From positions 544,001 to 608,000 of the forward strand of contig JAHPZA010000010.1 of the NCBI GenBank assembly GCA_019058445.1: 64,000 bases of DNA, read 5' to 3'. Every line of letters begins with the position of its first letter. Positions within the stretch are counted from its first letter, which is position 1. Position numbers and translations under genes: made by a program. The DNA comes from Promethearchaeota archaeon. GTDB lineage: Archaea > Asgardarchaeota > Lokiarchaeia > Sigyniarchaeales > SOKP01. Shown piece by piece: positions 39,590-49,490 of this stretch. The notes below the pieces were generated by a model. That model made no database searches, was not told the DNA's origin, and worked only from the letters and a program-made list of their open reading frames with translations.

Positions 39590-39678
39590 ATCATCCTTTA
39601 TTTTATTTCTTATTTAACATTTTAGCGCATCCTTGAAAACTAAAGCAATAAAAACCATTCTTTATTACTTTATACAAG

Positions 39679-40527
39679 ATGAGAGAATTAATCGATGAAT
39701 TAAAGAATATTAAACTAGCAATTTTTGATTTAGATGGAGTAATTTATCGTGGTCAAAGTTTAATTCCAAATGTTGATTTGATTTTAGAAGAGCTGAGAGA
39801 TTTATCGATTAAAGTAGTATTTAATTCCAACAATTCTACCATTACACGTGAAATGTACGTAGAAAGATTGAAAAACTTCAATATCCCCAGTAAATATTCA
39901 GACTTTTACACGAGTGCTTCTATTACTTCATCAGAAATTACGAAAATAAAAAAGAATGCCAATATTTTCGTGATTGGTGAAATTGGTTTAAGAGAAGAAT
40001 TGAAATCAGAAGGGCACACGATATTGACTAATCCTTCCAACTGTGATGACGTTGATTTTGTAATTGTAGGACTTGATAGAGATTTTAAATATGATAATTT
40101 AGCTATTGCTCAAAGGTGTATTTTAGAGGGAAACGCCCGATTTTATGCGACGAATACAGACCCAACTTTACCTGTTGCAAGAGGCTTCTTACCAGGCGCG
40201 GGAGTCATGGTCAATGCTTTAGAGACTTGCACTTCAAAAAAACCAATTAAAATCTTTGGAAAACCCCACCCTCATGGTATAAACATGATATTAAATGATT
40301 TAAACATTCCCGCTAAGCAAGCATGTATTTTTGGTGATAGATTAAACACCGACATTTTGGCTGGTAATCGTGCGGGAATATTTACTGTTGCGGTTTTAAC
40401 TGGAGTCACTTCAAAAGAGTATATTGAAGAGTCAAAGAAAAAAGCTAATAATTTGGATTGCAATGATAATGATTTAATACCAGACTTAGTCCTTAATTCC
40501 CTAGATGAAATTTTCAAAGAAAATTGA
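39679..40527 (+). CDS. HAD-IIA (NagD-like) phosphatase
   Basis: FDLDGVIY, SNNS, ATNTD, GKP, GDRLNTDI. Confidence 0.93.
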   Translation: MRELIDELKNIKLAIFDLDGVIYRGQSLIPNVDLILEELRDLSIKVVFNSNNSTITREMYVERLKNFNIPSKYSDFYTSASITSSEITKIKKNANIFVIGEIGLREELKSEGHTILTNPSNCDDVDFVIVGLDRDFKYDNLAIAQRCILEGNARFYATNTDPTLPVARGFLPGAGVMVNALETCTSKKPIKIFGKPHPHGINMILNDLNIPAKQACIFGDRLNTDILAGNRAGIFTVAVLTGVTSKEYIEESKKKANNLDCNDNDLIPDLVLNSLDEIFKEN

Positions 40528-40615
40528 TAAAGGAAATTTCGGGGATAATCTTATCTTATTCTATTATTCTTACTATAAATTACGACATACTTAGATATTT
40601 TAACCTTGCTGTTAA

Positions 40616-41827
40616 TTAACTATTGGACAAATCTACCAGAAATTTATCAATATCATTAATTTCGAATGAATCTAATATCTCAGGATTGATTTTATAAAGG
40701 TGTTGAAGAATTTTTTTTAATTTTGAATTGTCAAGTCCATGATAATGTGTGTTATAGAACCCATTGCAAATAGCAATAAAGTTCTTTTTATTTATAATAT
40801 CAAAACCTTTACCAATTATACTTGCTAAAAGTTTAGAAATTTCGATATAAGAGAAATTTATTGAAATTAGTGATGATAATATACTGTAATCAAATCTCCC
40901 ATTTGAAAATTCATTACGTAAGAGGAATCCTAATCTTTTTAGGTTAATGATTGAATTATCTATTAAATACTTAAATGCTTCAGCTAATACTGGCTTAGCA
41001 TTATTCTTTATAATTAAATTAATTATATGAAAAATGGATTTACTTTCATATAAGTAGTTTGAAATAATAATTGATAACCCAGTAGCCTGATCACTTATGT
41101 AAGTTGGATCAGTTAGGAATTTTAAATCAGGGTATTTTAAATTTAAAATTTTTTCATAAATAATTTTTCCAACATTAGAAGAAGAAAGTGCTCTATTAGT
41201 ACCAATCATTATCTCTGAGATTTGTTTAATATTTAAATTTAAAGCAGAACTTATGGACTGAATCAGTTCTATAACCACGGTAACTTTTAGTATATTGAAT
41301 TCTATTAATATTCCTAAAAATCTTCCAACTCTCACGTAACTGGCATAACTATGCAATATAATTTTTTGCAATATATTCTCTATGTCTTGCATACCAATGA
41401 GAGCGTTTTCTAAAAGATAATCAATAACTCCAGAAAGTTGATAACTCATATCTCCCTCATGATCAAGTTGAAGAAAACCACCAATTATTTTTTCTATCTC
41501 AAATTTCCTTTCCTTCAATTTAGATAACGATAAAGCTGGCAAAATCACATAATTTCTTTCGTATTCTTCACTCCCGTAATGTTCAAGAGCTCTTAAACCA
41601 AAGACTTCCATAAAAAAAATAGAGATTAATCGTGAATTAAGATCATGAAATTCCTGTGTGATGAAGGAAGAGAAACATTCGACAAAAGCTTCAATTTCGT
41701 ATTGCGATGAGATTTTTTGAAAAAAGTTTATTACCATTTCTAATTTTTCTTCAATAGACTGATTTAAATCTAATATTTCGTTTAATTCATTATCATCCTC
41801 ATTGCTGAGAAAATCCTTCCATACCAT
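40616..41827 (-). CDS. Hypothetical, probably all-alpha protein
   Basis: 403-codon ORF with Leu/Ile-rich amphipathic helices; no motif recognised. Confidence 0.65.
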   Translation of the reverse strand: MVWKDFLSNEDDNELNEILDLNQSIEEKLEMVINFFQKISSQYEIEAFVECFSSFITQEFHDLNSRLISIFFMEVFGLRALEHYGSEEYERNYVILPALSLSKLKERKFEIEKIIGGFLQLDHEGDMSYQLSGVIDYLLENALIGMQDIENILQKIILHSYASYVRVGRFLGILIEFNILKVTVVIELIQSISSALNLNIKQISEIMIGTNRALSSSNVGKIIYEKILNLKYPDLKFLTDPTYISDQATGLSIIISNYLYESKSIFHIINLIIKNNAKPVLAEAFKYLIDNSIINLKRLGFLLRNEFSNGRFDYSILSSLISINFSYIEISKLLASIIGKGFDIINKKNFIAICNGFYNTHYHGLDNSKLKKILQHLYKINPEILDSFEINDIDKFLVDLSNS

Positions 41828-41966
41828 AAGCTCGAATTTTTTTGTTATTAATTACAAAAATTCTCAATTACTTAATTAAAAGCTAATAAATTTTAATATT
41901 TTCAACATTATATATGTAAGTGTTAAGACATTTATAGTTAAAAATATACTAAGACTTCAAAGAAAA

Positions 41967-44816
41967 ATGGAAGACTTACTTAAATCGCTGATAAATAATT
42001 ATATAAGACATTCAAAAAATATTTTAGGTGTAATAATTAGTGATAGAAACGGAAACATAATTGTTACAAAAATAAAAGATGAAATCACTCAAGAATCTTT
42101 ATTAGATTTTATATCAAACTCGCTTTACAAGAAACTGGATGAATTTATTATCAAATACAAAGCTGAAAATTCATTTTTTAAAATCAAGGCAACACCCGAT
42201 ATAAAATATTCTGTTTGTTCATTCGGTAAATGCTTACTTATTACAATTGCAAAAAATTCTATTTCTGATACCGAATTAAAAATTTATTCTATAAATATTA
42301 CAGAAAAAGTAGAATTGATATATGAAGGTCAAAAGGAAATATCTTTAGAGATCCCCGAAGTTATGAAGATTTTTTCTAAGACAAAAGATAAAAGATTCCC
42401 TCAGGGAGAACATTCGATTAAGATTATTGTGGTTGGGGATTTTAAAGCTGGTAAGTCCTCTGTTATAAAAAGAATAATAGAAGACAAATATATTGAAGCT
42501 CATAATCCGACTGTCGGATTTCATATTTCAAAGAAAATTCTTACGATTGAAGATACTAACATTCGATTTAGTATCTGGGACACTGGTGGTCTGGTTAGTC
42601 AAATATCTCCCACAAAAGATAAAATTTATAATCATGCTGATGCAGCCTTAATAATTGTTGATAGAACTAGACCTACCAATATAAAAAGCATTAAAAAATG
42701 GTATAATGATATTAATAACTCTGTTTCAAAAAAAATACCAATCATTATTATAGGTACTAAAATTGATAAAACCTCCGACATCAAACTAAGGGAAGAAGAT
42801 ATAAAAACCCTAGCAAAAGAATATGAAATCCCTTTTATCCCTACGTCTGCTAAAACAGGGAAAAACATCAATCGGGCCTTTATTAATCTCACTTATAGAA
42901 TCATTGATGAGTTAACAAAATTAGAACCCTATGAACTCAAAAGTAAATACAAAAGCTATTACTTAAGTTCTGAAGAAACTAAAGCACTAGAGGATTTAGA
43001 GAATTTAATAGTAGAAAATGCAGATAAATCTTTCAATATAACATTTCGTTATGATTTAAAAAGGCTAAAAGTTAGAGGTTTTCCATTTATCCATGAGATA
43101 AGTGAAACTTCGTATGGGATTGAAATCCAAAATGGAAGTATCGTTGGAATTGGTCTGTTTAATTGTGGATTAACAAGACTTCCAGATTCTTTTAGTATTT
43201 TTAAGTCACTTAAAAGATTATCTTTAAGATCTAATCCTCTTAAATCATTTCCAGAACCAATTTGTAAATTAAAAAATCTTGAAATATTAGATCTTTCACT
43301 CACAAATTTGAGTCAAGTACCATCTATCATTGGTAACCTACATAATCTCAAGGAACTTCATTTGGAAAATAATTGGCTAAGAACTCTTCCTGAATCATTT
43401 GGTCAGCTAAATTCGCTTAGAATATTAAACTTGGAGAATAATCCAATTGATCATTTACCTAAATCTTTTGGAAATTTGAAATCTCTTAAAAAATTGTTGT
43501 TAGAGTCATCTCCCTTTGAGCAAAGCGGATATATGATAAATCTACCTAAAAATTTTGGTAATCTGCAATTTCTTCAAGAATTAGATTTAAGTTCTCATAA
43601 ATTAAAGATACTTCCAGAATCATTTGGAGATCTAAAGTCATTAAAGATCCTTGATTTGTTCAATAATAGATTTAAAACGCTTCCCAATTACTTTGGAAAT
43701 CTACAAGCACTTGAGGAATTAAATTTGGAAAGAAATTTAATACAATTTTTTCCAAAAGCTTTTGGTAATTTGTCAAGTTTAAAATCTGTTAATTTAAAAA
43801 ATAATATTATCACAAAAAAGGAAGCATCTAAAAGATTTAAAGCACTCGCTTTTAAGTCTATTGGAAATGATTATGATAGATGGATAAAAATCGCGGGGTC
43901 AATGGAAAACCACGAAGATCAGATGCAAATAATTAGACCGGATCTAAAAGAGAATATGATTTTAAAAAATATAATCACTCCGTTTATTTATGCGTGTTCC
44001 ATTGCTTTTATCGGATTGGTTACATTCCTCACTACAGATATAGAATCTTTAAAGCTCAATGTTAGCATTATATGGATCCTTTTCTTAGGAGCCTTAATAA
44101 TAAACCTTCTCATTGGTACATCAATTATATCAACAATTTCGACATATTTTAAATTTTCAATCTCAACGTTTGGGATTACGGCTCAAAAAACGGTTCTTAA
44201 ATTTTTTGATGTCCTTGTAGCAGTATTATTAGTTTGGGCCATAAGAGCTGCTGTTTTAGCTGCTATACGAATCGAATTGATTCCTGCGGTTAATTTTTTC
44301 TTTGATTTTTCAATTCCACAATGGATTTTAAATATACTGGTACTTTTCGGATATAATATAGATTTAACATTCTTGGAAAACATTGACCTTTTTTTAGGGC
44401 ATTTTTACTTAAAATTATTTAGTGCCGCATTAGTTTTTTGGGCTTTATATCGAAATGGCTTAAGTTATATTAAAAAAACTGCCTTTGATGAGACTGAGAA
44501 TAAAAATATATGGGCATTTTTAGTGATAGGATTATTTGGAGCGTTTTGGCTTGCGATTATGGATTATAGCAATCTAAAACCAATGTTGAGCATAGGTTAT
44601 TATATAGGGGTGTCTTTAGGTGCATTTGTCTTTATATGGGAAAAAAATAAAGAAAATAAAGTCATATTTTATCTCTATTGCTTCATTTTTGGGCTCGGAA
44701 TTTTAACAGTATGGTTGCTTTCTCTATGGAATTTAATGATTTCATTCTTAATGGGAATTATATTTATTATTCTATTTTTTATATTACGATGGAAATCCCA
44801 TAACATTCCACTATAA
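41967..44816 (+). CDS. Multidomain fusion: Roadblock-like, Rab-like small GTPase, LRR solenoid, about 8-9 TM domain
   Basis: ILGVIISDRNG; GDFKAGKS, PTVG, WDTGG, TKID, SAK; nine mostly 23-aa LPxSFGxLxxLxxLxLxxN repeats; hydrophobic C-terminal 280 aa. Confidence 0.88.
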   Translation: MEDLLKSLINNYIRHSKNILGVIISDRNGNIIVTKIKDEITQESLLDFISNSLYKKLDEFIIKYKAENSFFKIKATPDIKYSVCSFGKCLLITIAKNSISDTELKIYSINITEKVELIYEGQKEISLEIPEVMKIFSKTKDKRFPQGEHSIKIIVVGDFKAGKSSVIKRIIEDKYIEAHNPTVGFHISKKILTIEDTNIRFSIWDTGGLVSQISPTKDKIYNHADAALIIVDRTRPTNIKSIKKWYNDINNSVSKKIPIIIIGTKIDKTSDIKLREEDIKTLAKEYEIPFIPTSAKTGKNINRAFINLTYRIIDELTKLEPYELKSKYKSYYLSSEETKALEDLENLIVENADKSFNITFRYDLKRLKVRGFPFIHEISETSYGIEIQNGSIVGIGLFNCGLTRLPDSFSIFKSLKRLSLRSNPLKSFPEPICKLKNLEILDLSLTNLSQVPSIIGNLHNLKELHLENNWLRTLPESFGQLNSLRILNLENNPIDHLPKSFGNLKSLKKLLLESSPFEQSGYMINLPKNFGNLQFLQELDLSSHKLKILPESFGDLKSLKILDLFNNRFKTLPNYFGNLQALEELNLERNLIQFFPKAFGNLSSLKSVNLKNNIITKKEASKRFKALAFKSIGNDYDRWIKIAGSMENHEDQMQIIRPDLKENMILKNIITPFIYACSIAFIGLVTFLTTDIESLKLNVSIIWILFLGALIINLLIGTSIISTISTYFKFSISTFGITAQKTVLKFFDVLVAVLLVWAIRAAVLAAIRIELIPAVNFFFDFSIPQWILNILVLFGYNIDLTFLENIDLFLGHFYLKLFSAALVFWALYRNGLSYIKKTAFDETENKNIWAFLVIGLFGAFWLAIMDYSNLKPMLSIGYYIGVSLGAFVFIWEKNKENKVIFYLYCFIFGLGILTVWLLSLWNLMISFLMGIIFIILFFILRWKSHNIPL
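43179..43810 (+). repeat. Leucine-rich repeat array (about 9 units, mostly 69 nt) inside the GTPase fusion
   Basis: Units starting LPDSF, FPEPI, VPSII, LPESF, LPKSF, LPKNF, LPESF, LPNYF, FPKAF. Confidence 0.9.
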
Positions 44817-45665
44817 GGAATTTTCCTTCTTTTTTCAGTAAGAAGAGAGAAATTTTTAATCCATAAATATTTGTGGATTTAACTTTAAAATCTTTTTTAG
44901 AAACATTCTTACAAAGTGTGATGTTGGAACCATATCTAATTCTTCTTAAGTCATCTATAACGTATAAATTAGTTGCATCTAACTTAACTAATAAATAAAT
45001 GTTTTACATATTTCACAATTTTATTTAATACTCCTTGATGTAGTCCAAAATTATTGTTCAATTGAATACACTCACTGATATTAGATTATTCATTTAGAGG
45101 GATAAGAATTATTTGTATGAACAAGATTATTGAACAAGTTTTATGAGCTTGGGTATTAAATGAAATATTTTTTTCCAATATATTCCCACCAATTTCCCAT
45201 TATTAAGCAGTTAACATGCTTTATTACCCCATTGATAGACTGATTTTATAAAGTAACAATCATATTTGTTCTAGATCTCACTTTTCAATCGAATTTATAA
45301 AGCGTTTAACTTCTTATTTATACAGCTTGTATTAAAGAGGATTCAAAACTATCGCAAATAGGTTGAAATGAAATATTGGTGAACTAGATCTCTGTTAAAT
45401 CGCCGACAAATTATGGCTTTCTTCTTTGCATTCAAGCTTTGTTTTTTGAAATGCTCACTAAGAAAGAGTTTGAAATTCTAATTATAAACTATAAACTCTA
45501 TTCTTATAAATAAGAATTAGATTTTTGAGAGGAATAAATCAATAAAATCTTTGTTTCTATCCATAAAATTCATTAATAGATTTGCGAAAATACATATTAA
45601 TCCATATTAAGAGATTAATAAAGATAAAAAAATGCTTAAAAAAAGGATAAAAAGAGAGAAACTAA

Positions 45666-46202
45666 CTACTTTAAATATTGTGCTATTTCTAACATTCTCT
45701 CCGAAATGCCCTTAAATAATTCTTCTATATTTTCTCCTGTTTTAGAAGAACATTCAATAAACTCATAAAAATTATATTTTTTTGCCATTTCATTTCCTTC
45801 TTCAGTCGAAATTACCCGTTTTTCTTCTAAATCCTTTTTTCCTCCTACCATAATAAGAGGTATATCAATAAACCTACTTTCGAAACTCTTCTTAAAAACT
45901 TCTAGCCATTTTTCCATATTTTCTATGCTTGAATGTCGAGTAATATCGTACATAAAGATCCCTCCAGAAGAACCTGAAGCATATGTCGGAAGCAAAAATC
46001 GAAACTTGTCTTCACCCGCGAAGTCCCAAATCTGCAATGTTATTGCTTTATCGCCTATATCCAGCTTTTTAATATAGAAATCTGCACCAATCGTTATTTT
46101 ATAGTCACCTTTGAACGTTCCAGTGAGATAACGATTCACCAATGTGGTTTTACCAACACCTCCATCCCCAAATACGCAGACTTTAAATTTTGCATATGGC
46201 AT
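45666..46202 (-). CDS. Rab-like small GTPase (tandem copy 4)
   Basis: GDGGVGKT, TIG, WDFAGED, GGKKD, CSSK; GAGG before ATG 46202 (ORF track starts at 46247). Confidence 0.93.
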   Translation of the reverse strand: MPYAKFKVCVFGDGGVGKTTLVNRYLTGTFKGDYKITIGADFYIKKLDIGDKAITLQIWDFAGEDKFRFLLPTYASGSSGGIFMYDITRHSSIENMEKWLEVFKKSFESRFIDIPLIMVGGKKDLEEKRVISTEEGNEMAKKYNFYEFIECSSKTGENIEELFKGISERMLEIAQYLK

Positions 46203-46317
46203 AATTATTTCCTCAGCATCTATAATCTTAACATAAATTTCTCCCAATTAATAAGCTTAATATCATGAATTTTATTTAAATTTTTTAATTTTTGGATCAA
46301 AAAAATAGTATCCGTAC

Positions 46318-46854
46318 TTAAAGGATATTTTGTCTTTTCATCATCAATTCAGCAAGTTTTTCAAAGGTTAAAAGAACATTTTCGCCCGTTTTGGCGGAAC
46401 ATTCGATATATTCAAAAATTCCATCATAAGACTCAACTATCGCTCTGGCATCTTCGTAGGAAACTGCTCTTTTATAATCTAGATCTTTTTTGCTCCCGAC
46501 CATTAAGAGAGGAATCTGAACTTCATTTCTTTTACTCCCTTCCTCAAAAACTTCCATCCAACTATTAAAATTTCTGAAGCTGGAAAATCTGGTGATGTCA
46601 TACATAAAAATTGCGCCAGAAGCACCAAGTAAATAGCTCGGTAGGATGAAACGGAATCTATCCTCTCCCGCGAAGTCCCATATCTGTAAAGTCACAATCC
46701 CTCCTTCGAAATCAAGCTTTTTAACATAGAAATTCACACCTATAGTAATTTTTAGATGATCCTTAAAAACACCAGTCAAGTAGCGATTAACTAGAGTTGT
46801 TTTACCTACTCCCCCGTCACCGAGAATACAGATCTTATAAATCGTTTGTGTCAT
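46318..46854 (-). CDS. Rab-like small GTPase (tandem copy 3)
   Basis: GDGGVGKT, TIG, WDFAGED, GSKKD, CSAK. Confidence 0.93.
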   Translation of the reverse strand: MTQTIYKICILGDGGVGKTTLVNRYLTGVFKDHLKITIGVNFYVKKLDFEGGIVTLQIWDFAGEDRFRFILPSYLLGASGAIFMYDITRFSSFRNFNSWMEVFEEGSKRNEVQIPLLMVGSKKDLDYKRAVSYEDARAIVESYDGIFEYIECSAKTGENVLLTFEKLAELMMKRQNIL

Positions 46855-46894
46855 TTATGAGTGCCTAACTTAAAAAAAAATGCTTCATTCTTTA

Positions 46895-46924
46895 AAATCT
46901 AATAAACTGATTACTTATAATTTT
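46895..46924 (-). promoter_or_regulatory. Candidate BRE/TATA promoter of GTPase 46318..46854; 26/30 identical to 47573-47602
   Basis: Minus strand: A-rich run, TTATAA, then shared downstream sequence. Confidence 0.55.
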
Positions 46925-47009
46925 TTTTGATTGATATTCTTTAAATACTAATATGATTAAAAAATTTTTAAATTCGTCAGAACAACCTTAGAATATTATA
47001 AAAATAAGT

Positions 47010-47543
47010 TCATTCAAAATTTATATTTTCCAGCATTATTTTAGTAATGCTCTCGAAAATTTCATTTATATTTTCTCCTGTTTTAGATGAGCATTCCACG
47101 TAATGAGAAAAATTATGTTTTTTAGAAAATTCAATTGCATGTTCACTCATGACAGATCGTTTATGATCTAAGTCTAATTTTCCTCCAACCATTATTAATG
47201 GAATTTCTTTATCATAATTTTTTGTTCCTTTGTGAAATACTTCCATCCAATCGGTCAAATTTTTAATACTTGAATATCTAGTAAGATCAAACATAAATAT
47301 ACAGCCTGAACTTCCTATTATATAACTAGGTAAAATAAATTTGAAACGATCTTCTCCAGCAAAATCCCAAATTTGTAAGGTTACTGTTGATCCATTTATA
47401 TTTATTCTCTTCACAAAAAAATCTGCCCCGATAGTTATCTTATAATGCTCCTGAAATACACCAGTGAGATATCGGTTCACAAGAGATGTTTTTCCAACCC
47501 CGCCATCCCCAAATATGCAGATTTTAAACTTTTCCGGCTTCAT
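47010..47543 (-). CDS. Rab-like small GTPase (tandem copy 2)
   Basis: GDGGVGKT, TIG, WDFAGED, GGKLD, CSSK. Confidence 0.93.
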   Translation of the reverse strand: MKPEKFKICIFGDGGVGKTSLVNRYLTGVFQEHYKITIGADFFVKRININGSTVTLQIWDFAGEDRFKFILPSYIIGSSGCIFMFDLTRYSSIKNLTDWMEVFHKGTKNYDKEIPLIMVGGKLDLDHKRSVMSEHAIEFSKKHNFSHYVECSSKTGENINEIFESITKIMLENINFE

Positions 47544-47572
47544 TTTGAGATTTAATACTTTTAGTCATTTGA

Positions 47573-47602
47573 AATTCTAATAGACTTATTATTTATAATT
47601 TT
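47573..47602 (-). promoter_or_regulatory. Candidate BRE/TATA promoter of GTPase 47010..47543; duplicate of 46895-46924
   Basis: + strand aattctaatagacttattatttataatttt vs aaatctaataaactgattacttataatttt. Confidence 0.55.
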
Positions 47603-47712
47603 ATTTTTTCCGAAAGTCTAATACTAAATATTCTACAAAAAGCTATATAAAAAAATACAAATTTCTATTTTTTCCAAATGAGAGTTTTATTTTTCCCCAA
47701 AATTTTAGAAAG

Positions 47713-48246
47713 TTAGATAAGATTGACCCGTTTGCTTAGTTCTAATGCCAATTTATAGAAAATTAATTCTACATTTTCACCTGTTTTTGCAGAGCATTCA
47801 ATATAATCTAAAAGTTCATACTGTTTTGCCAGATCAACAGCATCTTTACTATATACTGATCTTCTGTCGTGTAAATCTAATTTTCCTCCAACCATAATTA
47901 TAGGTACGTCAATATTCATATCTACTGTTCCTTGCTTAAATATTTCAAGCCAATCGCCAAAGTTTCGTAAACTTGTGCGCCTCGTGATATCAAACATAAA
48001 TACTCCGCCAGAGGCACCTTTAACATAACCTGGGAGTAGAAATCTAAAGCGATCTTCTCCAGCAAAATCCCATATCTGCAAAGATACTCGTTTAGCATGA
48101 AATTCAAATTTTTTCATATGAAAATCCACACCAAGCGTCATGCTAGAATCTCCAGTAAATAATCCAGTAAGGTACCTCTTAACAAGAGAAGTCTTACCTA
48201 CACCTCCATCTCCGAAAATGCATACTTTAAAAAGTGCATCCTGCAT
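47713..48246 (-). CDS. Rab-like small GTPase (tandem copy 1)
   Basis: GDGGVGKT, TLG, WDFAGED, GGKLD, CSAK. Confidence 0.93.
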   Translation of the reverse strand: MQDALFKVCIFGDGGVGKTSLVKRYLTGLFTGDSSMTLGVDFHMKKFEFHAKRVSLQIWDFAGEDRFRFLLPGYVKGASGGVFMFDITRRTSLRNFGDWLEIFKQGTVDMNIDVPIIMVGGKLDLHDRRSVYSKDAVDLAKQYELLDYIECSAKTGENVELIFYKLALELSKRVNLI

Positions 48247-48434
48247 TGTATTCTCCCATGGAACTTTGCTTATGTTTAGAAATTTATTATAAGATATTTA
48301 TTTATATTACCTTAATAAATTATTTATGAATCTCACTTAATTATAAATATTTTTTTATTTAATATTTTTAGTTGGAGATATTAATGAGAGAATTTTGAAC
48401 AATAAGGATAATGGGGCAAATAGGATTAAAAATG

Positions 48435-49490
48435 CTATATAAGATAAAAAGTCTCATTTTTCTTTTCTAAGTTTCCAACCGTTTTTAATACTTTATCCAC
48501 TATACGCCTTTGTTTTAAATTTATCTCAGGGAGTTCATACCCAAATGATAAATTATACTCGTCCTTAATTACAATCCAGTGAAAGTGTTCAAATAACTTT
48601 AAAATACTTAATTTTAAATCCTTTTTAGATGCAAATTTTCTTAAATTTTCGATAAAGGAATTTATCCATTCTAAGGCAGAAACTTCATTCTTAAAATCTA
48701 CAATTATATCCTTATTCTTTGACAAGAAAATCCATAGATGCTTTGTTTTATCGTTGATCATATTGTAATGATTAAAAAATTTCTCCATATTTTCATGAAC
48801 AAGATTTCTGATATCTTTTTTGTTAATTTCTTTTGTTGCGAATAGCGGAGTAGTTTCGAATATCATTTTAACTTCTTTTTCTTCTAATCCTTCGAAAAGA
48901 TCTGAATTAATTAGCTTTAAACCCATAACACTTGCTCCAATTACTAAACCCTTTGTTTGTTCATAGTGGATATTACGATAATGCCCATTATATTCTATTA
49001 TGAATTTATTATTCTCAATTTTGACCTTGAATTTGCTTATTAAATTATTTTTAATGAGAATTGTATGAAATCTCTTAGAGAGCTCTATTAAACCGGATTC
49101 TTTTAGTTTCGATTCCTTGATAATAAATTCACGATATTTTTGATAAGAATCCAATAGAAAATCAAGATTATCGAAGTTATACTTATTTAATTCTACTGCC
49201 TGCTCAAAAAGTGGAATAAATGCTTTAAAGGTATGAGTCTCATAAAATTTTGATATTTTAGCATCAACAAAATTTTCTAAATCATCTAGACCTTTACCAG
49301 ATCTAAAAATCTCCATATTTTTTTCCATAACAAAATTATAAAAAGCAGATATGCTTTTGAATCTCTGATCTTTAGGATTTTTTCTCGCTTCTAATTTTAT
49401 ATATCTATTTATCCAATCTTTAAGATAAGGAGAAATTGATATATTTTGAGTAGCAGTCTTTTTTTTTGACAGATTTCTACTGGACAACAT
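48435..49490 (-). CDS. Hypothetical protein with possible N-terminal ribbon-helix-helix domain
   Basis: TQNISISPYLKDWI...FKSISAFYNFVM resembles the RHH strand-helix-helix pattern; remainder unassigned. Confidence 0.6.
   Translation of the reverse strand: MLSSRNLSKKKTATQNISISPYLKDWINRYIKLEARKNPKDQRFKSISAFYNFVMEKNMEIFRSGKGLDDLENFVDAKISKFYETHTFKAFIPLFEQAVELNKYNFDNLDFLLDSYQKYREFIIKESKLKESGLIELSKRFHTILIKNNLISKFKVKIENNKFIIEYNGHYRNIHYEQTKGLVIGASVMGLKLINSDLFEGLEEKEVKMIFETTPLFATKEINKKDIRNLVHENMEKFFNHYNMINDKTKHLWIFLSKNKDIIVDFKNEVSALEWINSFIENLRKFASKKDLKLSILKLFEHFHWIVIKDEYNLSFGYELPEINLKQRRIVDKVLKTVGNLEKKNETFYLI

Noticed and set aside
41967-44816. Calling the GTPase-LRR protein a Roco/LRRK protein
   Set aside because: The GTPase precedes the LRRs and there is no COR domain; the C-terminus is polytopic membrane.
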